Of a stretch of 64,000 nucleotides of DNA, positions 25,235-34,884 are shown in pieces (the stretch's first letter is position 1; each line of letters begins with the position of its first letter). The translations under genes were made by a program, and so were the position numbers. Location: positions 26,544-90,543 of the forward strand of contig CAYHDV010000001.1 of NCBI GenBank assembly GCA_964355515.1, read 5' to 3'. The notes under the pieces were generated by a model. The model was not told the origin of the DNA. It saw only the letters and a program-made list of their open reading frames with translations, and ran no database searches. This DNA comes from an uncultured Candidatus Saccharibacteria bacterium (GTDB lineage: Bacteria; Patescibacteriota; Minisyncoccia; Phycocordibacterales; CSBR16-119).

Positions 25235-26902
25235 TTATTTTTCCAAAAACAATCTCGCAATTTGGATATCATAATACGAAGTGTTTTTTGTCTTATTCTT
25301 TACAGGAGAAAGGTGTAGCTCCCCTGTTTCGTTGTAAATTTCTTGAAATGCTTGGAGGGTCTCCTCAAACTTCTTTCCTCTTGGACGCAGATAGAGAATG
25401 TCATCTAGAACAATAGTCCCCTCATCTAAGAGCTTTTCTATATGAGTCAAAACTGTTTCTTTGGTTAGCTCTCGCTCTTTGGCGATATCATCTATTTTCT
25501 TCCCTTCTTCAAGTGAAGCACGCGTCTTGTGGTGAGAAGGGATTTTCTCTTTTAACTCCTCTTCTTTACGCCAATCTATTTTTTCGAGTGACCCGGCGCT
25601 GTTTTCTATAAAAGTCTTCATGGAATCTTCTAATTCTTTTTCTGTTTTTTTATTTAAATATTCTTTTATTTTCATTGATTTTAGTTGGAGTTTTTTGTCT
25701 TCTTCTAAAACAAGAGGGTGGATCATAAGTGCATCTGGATTGAACCCCAAAAGCTTTATCCCTTGGAGAGTCCGGACACGCGAAAGCGCAACATAGCCCT
25801 GCCCGTACTCAAAAGCCTTGCCAAGGTCTATTTCGGCTGCATCAAGAGACATCCCTTGGCTCTTGTGTATGGTGATAGCCCAAGCTAAACGAAGTGGTAG
25901 TTGAGTGACTTCGGCTAGAGTTTTTTCACCATCTTGGATGGCCCATGTGGCTGGCTCAATAATAATATTCTTACCATTATTCATTGCCACGATAGGATAG
26001 CCGTGTTTTTCGTCGAAGCTAACAATTTCACCAAGTGAACCATTTACATATCCTTTTTCAAAATTATTTTTTGTGCACATCACCCGAGCACCCTTTTTTA
26101 AAGCTAGGGTGTGAGGAGAAAGACAAGAATCAACAAGTTTCTGAACGTGTGTAGATGGCCCACGAGTCTCCATAGTGTAGACTTCTGGATTAGACACCAG
26201 TTTAGCCAACTCCTGGCTATTGATATTATCAACATCAATATTGTGAGTATAAAGTTTCGTAGAAACAACAACATCTTCAAAATCAATATCCATCCTCTCC
26301 CTCAGCATCTCAGAATTCTCATGACCATCTCCCTGCCTTATCATAGAGAGGAGTGACAATAATTCTTCATCTTCTTGTCTGTGTTGCTCTCCAATATAAC
26401 AAATAAGAGGAGAAAGCTCTTTCCATGCATCAGAAAGAAAGGCAAATTTTGCAGATTTATCACGAGAAACAGGGGGAAGTTGAAAGAAGTCTCCCACGAG
26501 TACAATCTGCAGTCCTCCAAATGGTCTTGGGTCTTTTGTAAATTGTTTACAAACTTTGTTTAGCAAATCCATAGTTTCTGCGTCCAGCATTGAAATCTCA
26601 TCAATAACCAACACTTTTGTATTGGTAAATCTTTTGTGGAGATACTTTTTTTCTACCAAGTCAGAGATAGATTTTTGATCCATTTGTTTGTTTATTCCTA
26701 TCCCAGCCCAAGAATGAATAGTCACTCCTCCAACATGGGTCGCAGCAATACCAGTCGAAGCTGTGACAGCCACAGAAATACGGTGCTCTTTGAGATAATC
26801 AATATACTGGTTCAACACATGAGTCTTCCCTGCCCCTGGAGCTCCAGTCAAGAAAACATTTGCTCCAGTTTTGAGGATTTGTAGTGCTTCTGTTTGTAAC
26901 AT
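25235..26902 (-). CDS. PIF1-family SF1B helicase with C-terminal HTH
   Basis: TGAPGAGKT, ASTGIAA, IDEISM, GDFFQLPPV, AITIHKSQG and YVALSR motifs; start moved to ATG 26902. Confidence 0.93.
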   Translation of the reverse strand: MLQTEALQILKTGANVFLTGAPGAGKTHVLNQYIDYLKEHRISVAVTASTGIAATHVGGVTIHSWAGIGINKQMDQKSISDLVEKKYLHKRFTNTKVLVIDEISMLDAETMDLLNKVCKQFTKDPRPFGGLQIVLVGDFFQLPPVSRDKSAKFAFLSDAWKELSPLICYIGEQHRQEDEELLSLLSMIRQGDGHENSEMLRERMDIDFEDVVVSTKLYTHNIDVDNINSQELAKLVSNPEVYTMETRGPSTHVQKLVDSCLSPHTLALKKGARVMCTKNNFEKGYVNGSLGEIVSFDEKHGYPIVAMNNGKNIIIEPATWAIQDGEKTLAEVTQLPLRLAWAITIHKSQGMSLDAAEIDLGKAFEYGQGYVALSRVRTLQGIKLLGFNPDALMIHPLVLEEDKKLQLKSMKIKEYLNKKTEKELEDSMKTFIENSAGSLEKIDWRKEEELKEKIPSHHKTRASLEEGKKIDDIAKERELTKETVLTHIEKLLDEGTIVLDDILYLRPRGKKFEETLQAFQEIYNETGELHLSPVKNKTKNTSYYDIQIARLFLEK

Positions 26903-26979
26903 ATTTATTATTGTAGCATGTGAAAAAAGATTTCTTCCTCTAAAAAATAAAAAGAAAAAGCTCCCCAGAAGAAGAGCTT

Positions 26980-27198
26980 TTACGAAGGCAAAATCCTTTG
27001 GACGAATTTTCTTAGAAGCATAGCCGTAAAAAACACAATGCTTACAAAAAATAGAAGTACAGAGATGCAAATAAAAACAATCATCACAATTCTGTTTTCT
27101 ATTCCAAGCCAGATAGCAATGTGTTCCCATGGCTCTAGGAGTAATACTCCTACTTTCCAGAAAACTCCACCAATCAAAGCAATCAACAGCTTTTTCAT
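26980..27198 (-). CDS. Small membrane protein
   Basis: 72 aa with 2 hydrophobic segments, between two terminators. Confidence 0.5.
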   Translation of the reverse strand: MKKLLIALIGGVFWKVGVLLLEPWEHIAIWLGIENRIVMIVFICISVLLFFVSIVFFTAMLLRKFVQRILPS

Positions 27199-27286
27199 GT
27201 TCAGTTATTTATTTGTTTATAGAATATCATATAAATTAAAAAGGTGGAACAAAAAAGCCCCGCCGAAGGCGGGGCTTTTTGGAATC

Positions 27287-28012
27287 TCACACAAAGCATT
27301 CCGGTACGGAAATGGGTTCTCTGTAATCGTCCCATGGACCATAAATGGAACAGAAACCAACAGCGTCATCAGGAAGAGGTGTCTCATTTTCAACTCTCTT
27401 AGTTGCCGTACCTTTCTTGAAGCTTTCTTCATCGATCTTTGCCAATATTTCTTGATGGCGATCCCTAAGAGCGATACCTACTTCTGGGTATGTGGGGAAC
27501 TTTTGAAGATCCCCCTCTTCTTTGGGAACAAGCTTGTACTTTGACCAAAAAATAACCTCTTTCTTATCCTTAAGCCAGTATCGTTTGGCTTCTGTTTCAA
27601 AAAAGCTATGCCCCTGAAATCCATCAAACTCTGACCTATTTACAACTCGTAGAGCCCCGTCATTGAAAATACCATTGACGAAGATATTCTCAACTTTCTC
27701 AATCCATTTCCCATCGGTCAAATAATCAAAAAGATGGCCGAACTTTTGTTTGTCATACAGAACTCCCCGAGTACTCTCAAGTAAGACTGGGATATGACTT
27801 GTGTTGAACAAGTTGAGCTGGTTGTTTTTTGTTGGAAGATAGACTGCCCCACATTCATCACAAAAGTATTCTTCTTTTATTTTGTGAGTGGAAAGATACC
27901 CCGGGCCGACTATGTCATTATTTGAAACATGGACCCTAGACACTCGCTTATAGATTTTTTTACCCTTACAGCAAGTTGCTTTCGATTGTGTTTTTATTGT
28001 AATTGAACTCAT
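27287..28012 (-). CDS. Hypothetical protein with possible N-terminal Zn ribbon
   Basis: CCKG...CDECG; own promoter TTGACT-17-TAATCT and terminator at 27251-27280. Confidence 0.6.
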   Translation of the reverse strand: MSSITIKTQSKATCCKGKKIYKRVSRVHVSNNDIVGPGYLSTHKIKEEYFCDECGAVYLPTKNNQLNLFNTSHIPVLLESTRGVLYDKQKFGHLFDYLTDGKWIEKVENIFVNGIFNDGALRVVNRSEFDGFQGHSFFETEAKRYWLKDKKEVIFWSKYKLVPKEEGDLQKFPTYPEVGIALRDRHQEILAKIDEESFKKGTATKRVENETPLPDDAVGFCSIYGPWDDYREPISVPECFV

Positions 28013-28119
28013 GACCTTCTTTTATTTGTTTAATTTAAGATTACATGTCCAAGATGCTCAAGTCAAGAAACAAAAAAGCCCAGCCAAAGGCGGGGCTTTT
28101 TTGTTTTCGTAAAAAAATA

Positions 28120-28530
28120 TTATCGTTTTGACCACTGCTTTGACTTTCGAGCTTTTCCAGCTTTTCCAGCTTTTCTTCGCTCTTTTGATCTTGGGTCTCG
28201 TTTCAAGTAACCTTCTTGTTTTAGAGAAACCTTGTTTTCTGTTTCGTTGATTTGAACAAGTGCTCGCGCGATTCCGTGTCGTACAGCTTCAGCTTGTGAG
28301 TGAATTCCTCCACCTGATACAACTGCTGTTATTTCATATCCATCTTCAATCTTTGTTCTCCCGAAAGTATCGTGAAGGATTTTTTGAAGTTCAAGAGTTG
28401 GAAAATAAGAAGAAGATTCTTTGCCGTTTATCACTATTGAAAGTCCCTTGGCTGGAGTAAGACGCACTCGTGCTGTTGCAGTCTTTCGTCGTCCAATTGA
28501 TTCTGTATATTGTTTCTTTGTTGTTGCCAT
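28120..28530 (-). CDS. rpsI: 30S ribosomal protein S9
   Basis: GRRKTATARV, GGG...QAEA and C-terminal QWSKR. Confidence 0.98.
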   Translation of the reverse strand: MATTKKQYTESIGRRKTATARVRLTPAKGLSIVINGKESSSYFPTLELQKILHDTFGRTKIEDGYEITAVVSGGGIHSQAEAVRHGIARALVQINETENKVSLKQEGYLKRDPRSKERRKAGKAGKARKSKQWSKR

Positions 28531-28532
28531 GG

Positions 28533-28886
28533 TTAGTCTGTGATAGTTAAGTTTTTCATTCGAAGCGACCGAAGCTTATTTCCTGGAAGCATTCCGTAAA
28601 TAGCTTTTTTAAAGATTTCTTCATATCCCTTCTTTTCTATCATTCTTTCCATTGAAACAAATTTTAGTCCTCCTGGATATCCTGAGTATTGAGCATAAGA
28701 AGTAGTTTTTATTTTCTTTTGTGAAATTTTTGCTTTTGAGGCATTCTCCACAAGCACTCTATTGTTTGTCACTTTGTTATTAGAAAAATCTGGAGTATTT
28801 TTACCCATAAGAATCATAGCAACTTCTGTGGCTACTCTACCTAGACTTTTACCTGTGGCATCAATTGTATAATTTACTGGTTCCAT
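28533..28886 (-). CDS. rplM: 50S ribosomal protein L13
   Basis: IDA....LGR.A, SGYPGGLK and GMLP motifs. Confidence 0.97.
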   Translation of the reverse strand: MEPVNYTIDATGKSLGRVATEVAMILMGKNTPDFSNNKVTNNRVLVENASKAKISQKKIKTTSYAQYSGYPGGLKFVSMERMIEKKGYEEIFKKAIYGMLPGNKLRSLRMKNLTITD

Positions 28887-28888
28887 GA

Positions 28889-29245
28889 TTATTTAACAAA
28901 TTCAATTATAGCCATCTTAGCACCATCTGAAAGTCGTTGTGGCAGTTTAGTAATTCTTGTATATCCCCCGTTTCGGTCTTTGTATTGTGGAGCAATAACA
29001 TCAACAAGTTTTTTTGTTTCGATGTTTTGGTTTAACATACGAGCTCTGACAATGTTTCGAGAAGCTAGATCTCCCATAAGTGCTTTGGAAATAAGTTTTT
29101 CTATCATTGGCCGAAGCTCTTTTGCTTTTGCTTCTGTTGTCTTTATTTTGTCATGTCGAACAAGAGAAATAACCAACGACTTCATAAGGGCGTTTCGTAC
29201 ATCCATTTTTCGTCCAAATTTTCGGTTTTTGTTATGATGTCGCAT
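28889..29245 (-). CDS. rplQ: 50S ribosomal protein L17
   Basis: MRH, IKTT.AKAKE and R.GGYTRI motifs. Confidence 0.98.
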   Translation of the reverse strand: MRHHNKNRKFGRKMDVRNALMKSLVISLVRHDKIKTTEAKAKELRPMIEKLISKALMGDLASRNIVRARMLNQNIETKKLVDVIAPQYKDRNGGYTRITKLPQRLSDGAKMAIIEFVK

Positions 29246-29294
29246 GGTTTAGTAGTTTACTGGTTTTTTTAAAAAAAGCAAGAGAGTGGGGCTT

Positions 29295-30299
29295 TTATTT
29301 AAGCAAAATCCCAAAATTAGATAGTGCTCTCTTTATTTCTTGGATTCCTTTCTCTCCTAGTCCTTCTAGTGCTAGGAGGTCTTCTTTTGATTTTCTAGCA
29401 ATTCCTCCAACAGTTCGGATTTTGGCAATGTCTAGAGCGTTTTGAGTTCGAGTAGAAAGATTTAGATCTTCAACTCTTGTCTTTAGAATTTCTTCTTCTT
29501 GATTCAATTCATCTTCTCCATCAGCATATTCTTGAGATTCTTTTACTGTTTTTTCAATTGCAGCTTTTTCTTTTTCGATAACTTTCATTTCTTCTTTGAT
29601 CTCATCTAGACCTTTGAATTCATGAATTGATTGTAGCTGAACAATCATGATTTCTACAGCTCTCTCAAGAGCTTCCTTTGGAGTATATGTCCCATCTGTC
29701 TCGATTGAGATTCGTAGTCTATTGTGGTTTGTATTGTCTCCAACACGCATGTTTTCTACTTCATAGGAAACTCTTCGAACTGGTGAGAAAATAGCGTCTA
29801 CTGCAATTTGACCAAGCTCCATTTTTTCTTTTTGGAGTTCATCTTTCTGAACGAAACCAAGTCCTAGTTCAACTGTCAATTCAATGTTAAGAGTTTTCTT
29901 TTTGTCTGTTACTGTGGCAATGTATTCGTCACCATTCAAAACTTCTACTTGACCTGGAACAACCAAATCCTTTGCCAAAACAACTCCTTCTTTTGCTGAA
30001 AGAGTAACAACTTGTGAGTCTTCTGTAAGAAGCTTAAATCGAACTCGCTTAAGATTCAAAATGATATTAATAACATCTTCTTGTACACCTTCTACTGTTT
30101 CAAATTCATGCCCTACTCCATCAATTTTTATCTTTGTAATAGCTGCTCCGGGAAGAGAAGACAAAATAATCCGCCTGAGTGAGTTCCCAAGAGTGTGTCC
30201 GTATCCAGGATAAAGACCATCTATTTCGTAAATAGCTTTGTTCCCCTCCTCTATTACAAGCCTAGGCTTTGATGGTAAAAGAATTTCGTGTGATGACAT
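29295..30299 (-). CDS. rpoA: RNA polymerase alpha subunit
   Basis: GYGHTLGNSLRRIILSS, DAIFSPV and alpha-CTD LSTRT.NAL; start at ATG 30299. Confidence 0.98.
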   Translation of the reverse strand: MSSHEILLPSKPRLVIEEGNKAIYEIDGLYPGYGHTLGNSLRRIILSSLPGAAITKIKIDGVGHEFETVEGVQEDVINIILNLKRVRFKLLTEDSQVVTLSAKEGVVLAKDLVVPGQVEVLNGDEYIATVTDKKKTLNIELTVELGLGFVQKDELQKEKMELGQIAVDAIFSPVRRVSYEVENMRVGDNTNHNRLRISIETDGTYTPKEALERAVEIMIVQLQSIHEFKGLDEIKEEMKVIEKEKAAIEKTVKESQEYADGEDELNQEEEILKTRVEDLNLSTRTQNALDIAKIRTVGGIARKSKEDLLALEGLGEKGIQEIKRALSNFGILLK

Positions 30300-30366
30300 A
30301 TGTAGATTTGTTGTGATCAAAAGATCGTTATTAATAATCTAATAAAAAAATAAAATGTTTTTCAGA

Positions 30367-30966
30367 CTATCTACTGTAGAATTCAAGAACAGAACCAAAA
30401 TCAAGGAATGTATCAATATTAACAGGAGTTCCAGTTACCTTTGCAGAAATATTTTTAGCATCAAATGAAAGCCAAGTTGAGCTTACTGCCTTCTTTTCAA
30501 AATTTTGGAATAAAACACGAGATTTACTTCCCTCTTTAAGAGCTACAATGTCTCCTTGCTTTATTCTAAAAGAAGGAACGTTTGTTCGTACGCCGTTAAC
30601 AGTGAAGTGTCCATGAGAAACCATCTGTCTTGCAAGGCGTCTTGTGCTTGCTATACCCAATCGGTAAAGAGTATTGTCTAGACGAGATTCTAGAAGCTGG
30701 AATAGGCCATCTCGAGGTGCAATCTTTTTAAGAAAAGTAGCCTCTTTTACGTAGTTTCCAAGTTGTTTTTCTGTTATACCATAAGAGAATCGAATTTTTT
30801 GTTTTTCGATTAGTTGCTGTCCGTAATCAGAAACTTGTTTTCGTCTCTTTCCTCTTGCGGATTTTTCGTGTCTTGCTTCAGAAAGTGCGTATTTTTGATT
30901 TTGGCATTTTTCAAAAACCCCAGTTCCTAGTCGCCGACATACTTTGTATTTTGCTCCGATTATCAT
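30367..30966 (-). CDS. rpsD: 30S ribosomal protein S4
   Basis: EKQK, LESRLDN, ARQMVSHGH and EFYSR motifs. Confidence 0.98.
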   Translation of the reverse strand: MIIGAKYKVCRRLGTGVFEKCQNQKYALSEARHEKSARGKRRKQVSDYGQQLIEKQKIRFSYGITEKQLGNYVKEATFLKKIAPRDGLFQLLESRLDNTLYRLGIASTRRLARQMVSHGHFTVNGVRTNVPSFRIKQGDIVALKEGSKSRVLFQNFEKKAVSSTWLSFDAKNISAKVTGTPVNIDTFLDFGSVLEFYSR

Positions 30967-30995
30967 AATTTTTTATTTAAATAAAATCTAGTGTA

Positions 30996-31430
30996 TTAAA
31001 CTCTTCTTGGTTTTTTCGCTCGGGTACCATTGTGAGGAACAGGAGTTCTATCTTTGATAGATTTGATCTCAATTCCATGAGCCATAAATGACCGAATAGT
31101 AGGTTCACGACCTGAACCAACACCCTTCACCACAACATCAGCCTCTTTTACACCAATAGCTTTTACTTTTTCACCAAGTAGTTCTCCTACCCGTCCTGCA
31201 GCAAATGGAGTACCCTTCTTAGCACCCTTGAACCCAAGAGATCCTGATGAAGAACCAAAAATCATATTTCCGTTTTCATCTGTGAAAATGGCCTTTGTGT
31301 TATTGAAAGTAGCTTCCACATATAGAATACCAGAAACAAGTTTTCGCTTACCTAGACGGCTAGCGGCTCTGTTTCTAAGTTCTTTATTCATAGTCCCACC
31401 GGACTTTTTAACGATTCGTTTTTTTCCCAT
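30996..31430 (-). CDS. rpsK: 30S ribosomal protein S11
   Basis: FNNT, GFKGAKKGTPFAA and TPVPHNG motifs. Confidence 0.98.
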   Translation of the reverse strand: MGKKRIVKKSGGTMNKELRNRAASRLGKRKLVSGILYVEATFNNTKAIFTDENGNMIFGSSSGSLGFKGAKKGTPFAAGRVGELLGEKVKAIGVKEADVVVKGVGSGREPTIRSFMAHGIEIKSIKDRTPVPHNGTRAKKPRRV

Positions 31431-31433
31431 ATG

Positions 31434-31814
31434 TTATTTCTTATCAACCTTAGTTCGTCCAGATCCCATGGTGTTTCGAGTGTTTCCTCTACCTGTTCGT
31501 GAATTACTTTTTGTTCTCTGTCCTCGCACTGGTAGTCTTTTTGTATGTCTTACCCCTCGGTATGAACCAATATCCTTTAGACGCTTAATGTTTGCCATTG
31601 ACTCACGTCGTAGGTCTCCTTCTAGAGTAAACTCTTCGATTAATTTTCGAAGAACCCCTTCTTCTTCTTCTGTAAGGTCCTTTGCTTTTTTGTTCACATC
31701 AAGTTTGGCTTCTTCAAGAATTTTCTGAGAACGAGAAAGACCAATACCATATACAACAGTAAGTCCTCTTTCTAATCTTTTATTGTCTGGGATTGTAATA
31801 CCTAAAATACGCAT
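31434..31814 (-). CDS. rpsM: 30S ribosomal protein S13
   Basis: YGIG, EGDLRR and YRG.RH..LPVRGQRT motifs. Confidence 0.98.
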   Translation of the reverse strand: MRILGITIPDNKRLERGLTVVYGIGLSRSQKILEEAKLDVNKKAKDLTEEEEGVLRKLIEEFTLEGDLRRESMANIKRLKDIGSYRGVRHTKRLPVRGQRTKSNSRTGRGNTRNTMGSGRTKVDKK

Positions 31815-31837
31815 ATGATTTCTGTATAAAAAAATAA

Positions 31838-31960
31838 TTAACCTTGTCTTGCTTTTCGCTTAGGCTCGTTTTTGTTTAATCTAAACAAACGACGTTTTCG
31901 ACGAACAATTTGTTCGCCGTTTCGAAGTTCTGATCTTTTGATTGAAGCTTGAATTTTCAT
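31838..31960 (-). CDS. rpmJ: 50S ribosomal protein L36, Cys-free (not in the ORF track)
   Basis: Manual translation MKIQASIKRSELRNGEQIVRRKRRLFRLNKNEPKRKARQG; position between infA and rpsM. Confidence 0.9.
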   Translation of the reverse strand: MKIQASIKRSELRNGEQIVRRKRRLFRLNKNEPKRKARQG

Positions 31961-32083
31961 ATATTTCTAAGCAAAAAAAGGCTTTTCCCCTCTTTTTTAG
32001 TAACGTGAAAGATAATACAGGATGTTAATAAAAAAAGCAAGTATTCCCAACTCCAAACTGGGTATTTCTTACTTATCTAGATT

Positions 32084-32296
32084 TTATTGACGTCTATCTA
32101 TTCTTCCCTTGTCTCCATTCTGGTCCACAATAACATCCACAACATCTCCCACCATAACCTTGATTCTAAATTTTTTCATTTTACCAGAAAGGTAGGCAAG
32201 TATTAGTTTGCCATTTTCTCCCTGAACTCTAAAGGTCGTATTTGGGAGAGATTCTGTAATTGTTCCTTTGACTCTTATCTCTGGTGCTTTTGTCAT
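32084..32296 (-). CDS. infA: Translation initiation factor IF-1
   Basis: E.LPN..FRV, LAYLSGKM and GD.V motifs. Confidence 0.95.
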   Translation of the reverse strand: MTKAPEIRVKGTITESLPNTTFRVQGENGKLILAYLSGKMKKFRIKVMVGDVVDVIVDQNGDKGRIDRRQ

Positions 32297-32341
32297 AATA
32301 TAATAAGTGAATTATAGCATATGCGATGAATTAAACAAAGA

Positions 32342-33640
32342 TTATTCGAAGATATATTCAATGTCTATATCTTCTATTTTTTCTGGGAGACTCCTGTGCC
32401 AAAACGGCCGGAGGGTAAGATCTGCTTTTACAATATATTCATATTTTTCCATGATGGTCTCAAATTGTTTTTTTCTTGTATCCAAAAGTTCATATTTGAT
32501 TCTATCTTCATCAAGAGCCCATACAACATGAGGCCTACCTTTAATTGCTATAGGAGCTTCTATCAGATCTTTTATACCAATAACCGTACCTACAAAAGAC
32601 ACCTCGAGTGAACCAATATTTTCGATATACACTGGAGTTCCTTTTAAATAATCAGATAAACTCTCTCCTGCAACGGCTTTTGCGAGAATACTTTTATCCA
32701 CGATAATTGAAGTGAGGATCCCTTTCTCAAATATTGGAACTGATGAACTATCTGAAGTATAGCTATTTGTCTTCTCTAAAGTAGTATACTCTTCTGACCC
32801 AGAAACCAACAAAAAATCATCTGGTATTTGAGCTTCAAGTTTTGATTGCAAATCGTTTTTAAGAGAGAGCTGAATTTCAGATTGTGCCTTCTCGGCAGAT
32901 TCTGGGCTAAGTGAATAAAGCTCGCCAATAAAACCACCAGAGATCTTTGTTTTTGATCTACCATATATTGTCTTTTCCTTGTTTGTCCCCTTGAAACCTA
33001 GAACGGTGAAGTCAGATAAATCTAAATTTCCCGATTCTCCAGCTGTGTCAGCATATACTTCTACATCGATTTGACCTGGGACAATTTTCCCATCTACAGA
33101 TTTTTTACCAGGGATAACCACGGCAGTTTTTGTTTTGTAAATCTTACCTTCAGAAGATGAGAGGCGGGTGTCAATAAGTAGATTTTGAGGGCTAGTGCTA
33201 TTGTTGTTGTATAAAGTAACAATCCCAGTAGCGACTTGATCAACGACTGATTGGTTTTCTGAAGAAATAGTGGTGGCTCTCTCACCTTCTACGGAAATGG
33301 TTTGAAAAGAAAGTCCAGTGGTACTATCTTTCTTTGCAGTAAGAAGTATTTCTGTGTCAGGAAGCATTGTGTTTTTTGGTGTGATGGTTACTGTTACACC
33401 CTTGAATAACAAAGAGACCATAAAAACAAAAAATATAAACGCACAAGAAACAAGTAGCCATATAGACCACCCAGATATTGGGTTCTTGTGATTTAAGTCA
33501 TTAACAACTTTTTCCCTAGGAAGAATCCCTTCTTCTGTAAGAATTTTTGTTGCTTCAGCCCTTGTCTCTGCAACTTTTTTTCTTACTATTGTTGCTTTCC
33601 GAGAAGGTTTGATGTCTTGAATTGTTTTTTTAGGAGGCAT
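32342..33640 (-). CDS. Single-TM membrane-anchored protein with large beta-rich extracytoplasmic domain
   Basis: IQDI N-terminus, one TM, and A.G.V..YN, A...G..GN, PFW..LP motifs. Confidence 0.65.
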   Translation of the reverse strand: MPPKKTIQDIKPSRKATIVRKKVAETRAEATKILTEEGILPREKVVNDLNHKNPISGWSIWLLVSCAFIFFVFMVSLLFKGVTVTITPKNTMLPDTEILLTAKKDSTTGLSFQTISVEGERATTISSENQSVVDQVATGIVTLYNNNSTSPQNLLIDTRLSSSEGKIYKTKTAVVIPGKKSVDGKIVPGQIDVEVYADTAGESGNLDLSDFTVLGFKGTNKEKTIYGRSKTKISGGFIGELYSLSPESAEKAQSEIQLSLKNDLQSKLEAQIPDDFLLVSGSEEYTTLEKTNSYTSDSSSVPIFEKGILTSIIVDKSILAKAVAGESLSDYLKGTPVYIENIGSLEVSFVGTVIGIKDLIEAPIAIKGRPHVVWALDEDRIKYELLDTRKKQFETIMEKYEYIVKADLTLRPFWHRSLPEKIEDIDIEYIFE

Positions 33641-33644
33641 AATA

Positions 33645-34820
33645 TTATATGTGACTTCGATATAGGGCTGATAATGCGATAAACAAATCTCTTTTAACCT
33701 CTGGTTGATACACTAATCTAGAATAAAATTTGGGACCATTTAGAATTTCCACTTCAAAAGGGATCTCAAGCATAGAGTACTGACCAACATGTTCCTGCTC
33801 TAAGAGTTTTTTTAGATCCTCTTCAAAAAAACTATATCCTGAAATATACATTTCCTGTGGGAGCTTGTATTTCTTAGCTAGCTGACGAAGGCTCTCTTCT
33901 AAATGTTTTTCATATGCTTTGTATGCTTTTTGTTTGGCATTGAGAACTTTCTCTTTATAGTCTTTTTGGAGGGCGTTTTTTGAAGCTAGGGTTAGAATCG
34001 AATGAGCTTCATGAGGCGATGAGCCCAAACTCTTTGCAATTGAATTATTAAAAAATTGAATACCAAGCGGGAAAGATAGTGTCTGGAAAATAGTATTGTT
34101 TCTTACAACCAGAATATCTGTAAGCTCACCTCCAATATCTATAAAAATATAGTCTTTTTCTTTGGCAAAAAAATCTCGAGACACAACATAAGTGACAAGG
34201 GTTGATGTTTGAAATTCTATATTATGATGAAAAACTCTACCCAAGGTATCTTCTATCACAGACAAAACTTCCTTTGGAGAAACACTCACATAAATAGAGA
34301 GATCAATGTGCTTGGTTTTTTGTCCGATAGGATTTGCTGTAGTGTAGCCATTTACAGAAATGTCTATTATTGTTTCTTCGATAAGCTTGAAATCTTCGCC
34401 ATATATTTCAGCACTCTCTTTGTAAAAAGCCGACATCTCTCTTTGTTTGATACCCTCTAATGTTTTTTGATTTATGGTAAAAACAGTCCCTCTTGATAAT
34501 TCAGCTCTTCTGATGTCGTGGGCAAACCATGGAGCAGATAGGGTCACATAAATACCGGTATTAGCACCCAGAGGAAAGTCTCTGTCTTGAATATCTCGAG
34601 CAATATTTCCTAAGGTATATTTCATGGACCGCAAGAGGTCATCGTATGATGACTGGGTATCATTTTTCCAATGCAATCTCTTTGTATGAATAATCCGAGG
34701 AGCCACTCCAGAAATACCAGAAAAATGAACCACAGAGCCTGCGATAGAATCACTCCCAATATCAAACAATAGAGCAATTTCTGATGCTTTATTATTTCGA
34801 GAAAATAAATTCTTAAACAT
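33645..34820 (-). CDS. FtsA/PilM-like actin-fold protein
   Basis: FDIGS and FIDIGGELTDI motifs. Confidence 0.65.
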   Translation of the reverse strand: MFKNLFSRNNKASEIALLFDIGSDSIAGSVVHFSGISGVAPRIIHTKRLHWKNDTQSSYDDLLRSMKYTLGNIARDIQDRDFPLGANTGIYVTLSAPWFAHDIRRAELSRGTVFTINQKTLEGIKQREMSAFYKESAEIYGEDFKLIEETIIDISVNGYTTANPIGQKTKHIDLSIYVSVSPKEVLSVIEDTLGRVFHHNIEFQTSTLVTYVVSRDFFAKEKDYIFIDIGGELTDILVVRNNTIFQTLSFPLGIQFFNNSIAKSLGSSPHEAHSILTLASKNALQKDYKEKVLNAKQKAYKAYEKHLEESLRQLAKKYKLPQEMYISGYSFFEEDLKKLLEQEHVGQYSMLEIPFEVEILNGPKFYSRLVYQPEVKRDLFIALSALYRSHI

Positions 34821-34884
34821 GGTTTTATTATAACAAGAAAAAAGCTCTTGTGAGCTTTTTTCGGTGGATATGTGATCCTTGGCC

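Noticed and set aside
26903-27130. 76-aa N-terminal extension of the helicase
   Set aside because: It crosses a terminator-like hairpin and another ORF; a -10 element sits just before ATG 26902.
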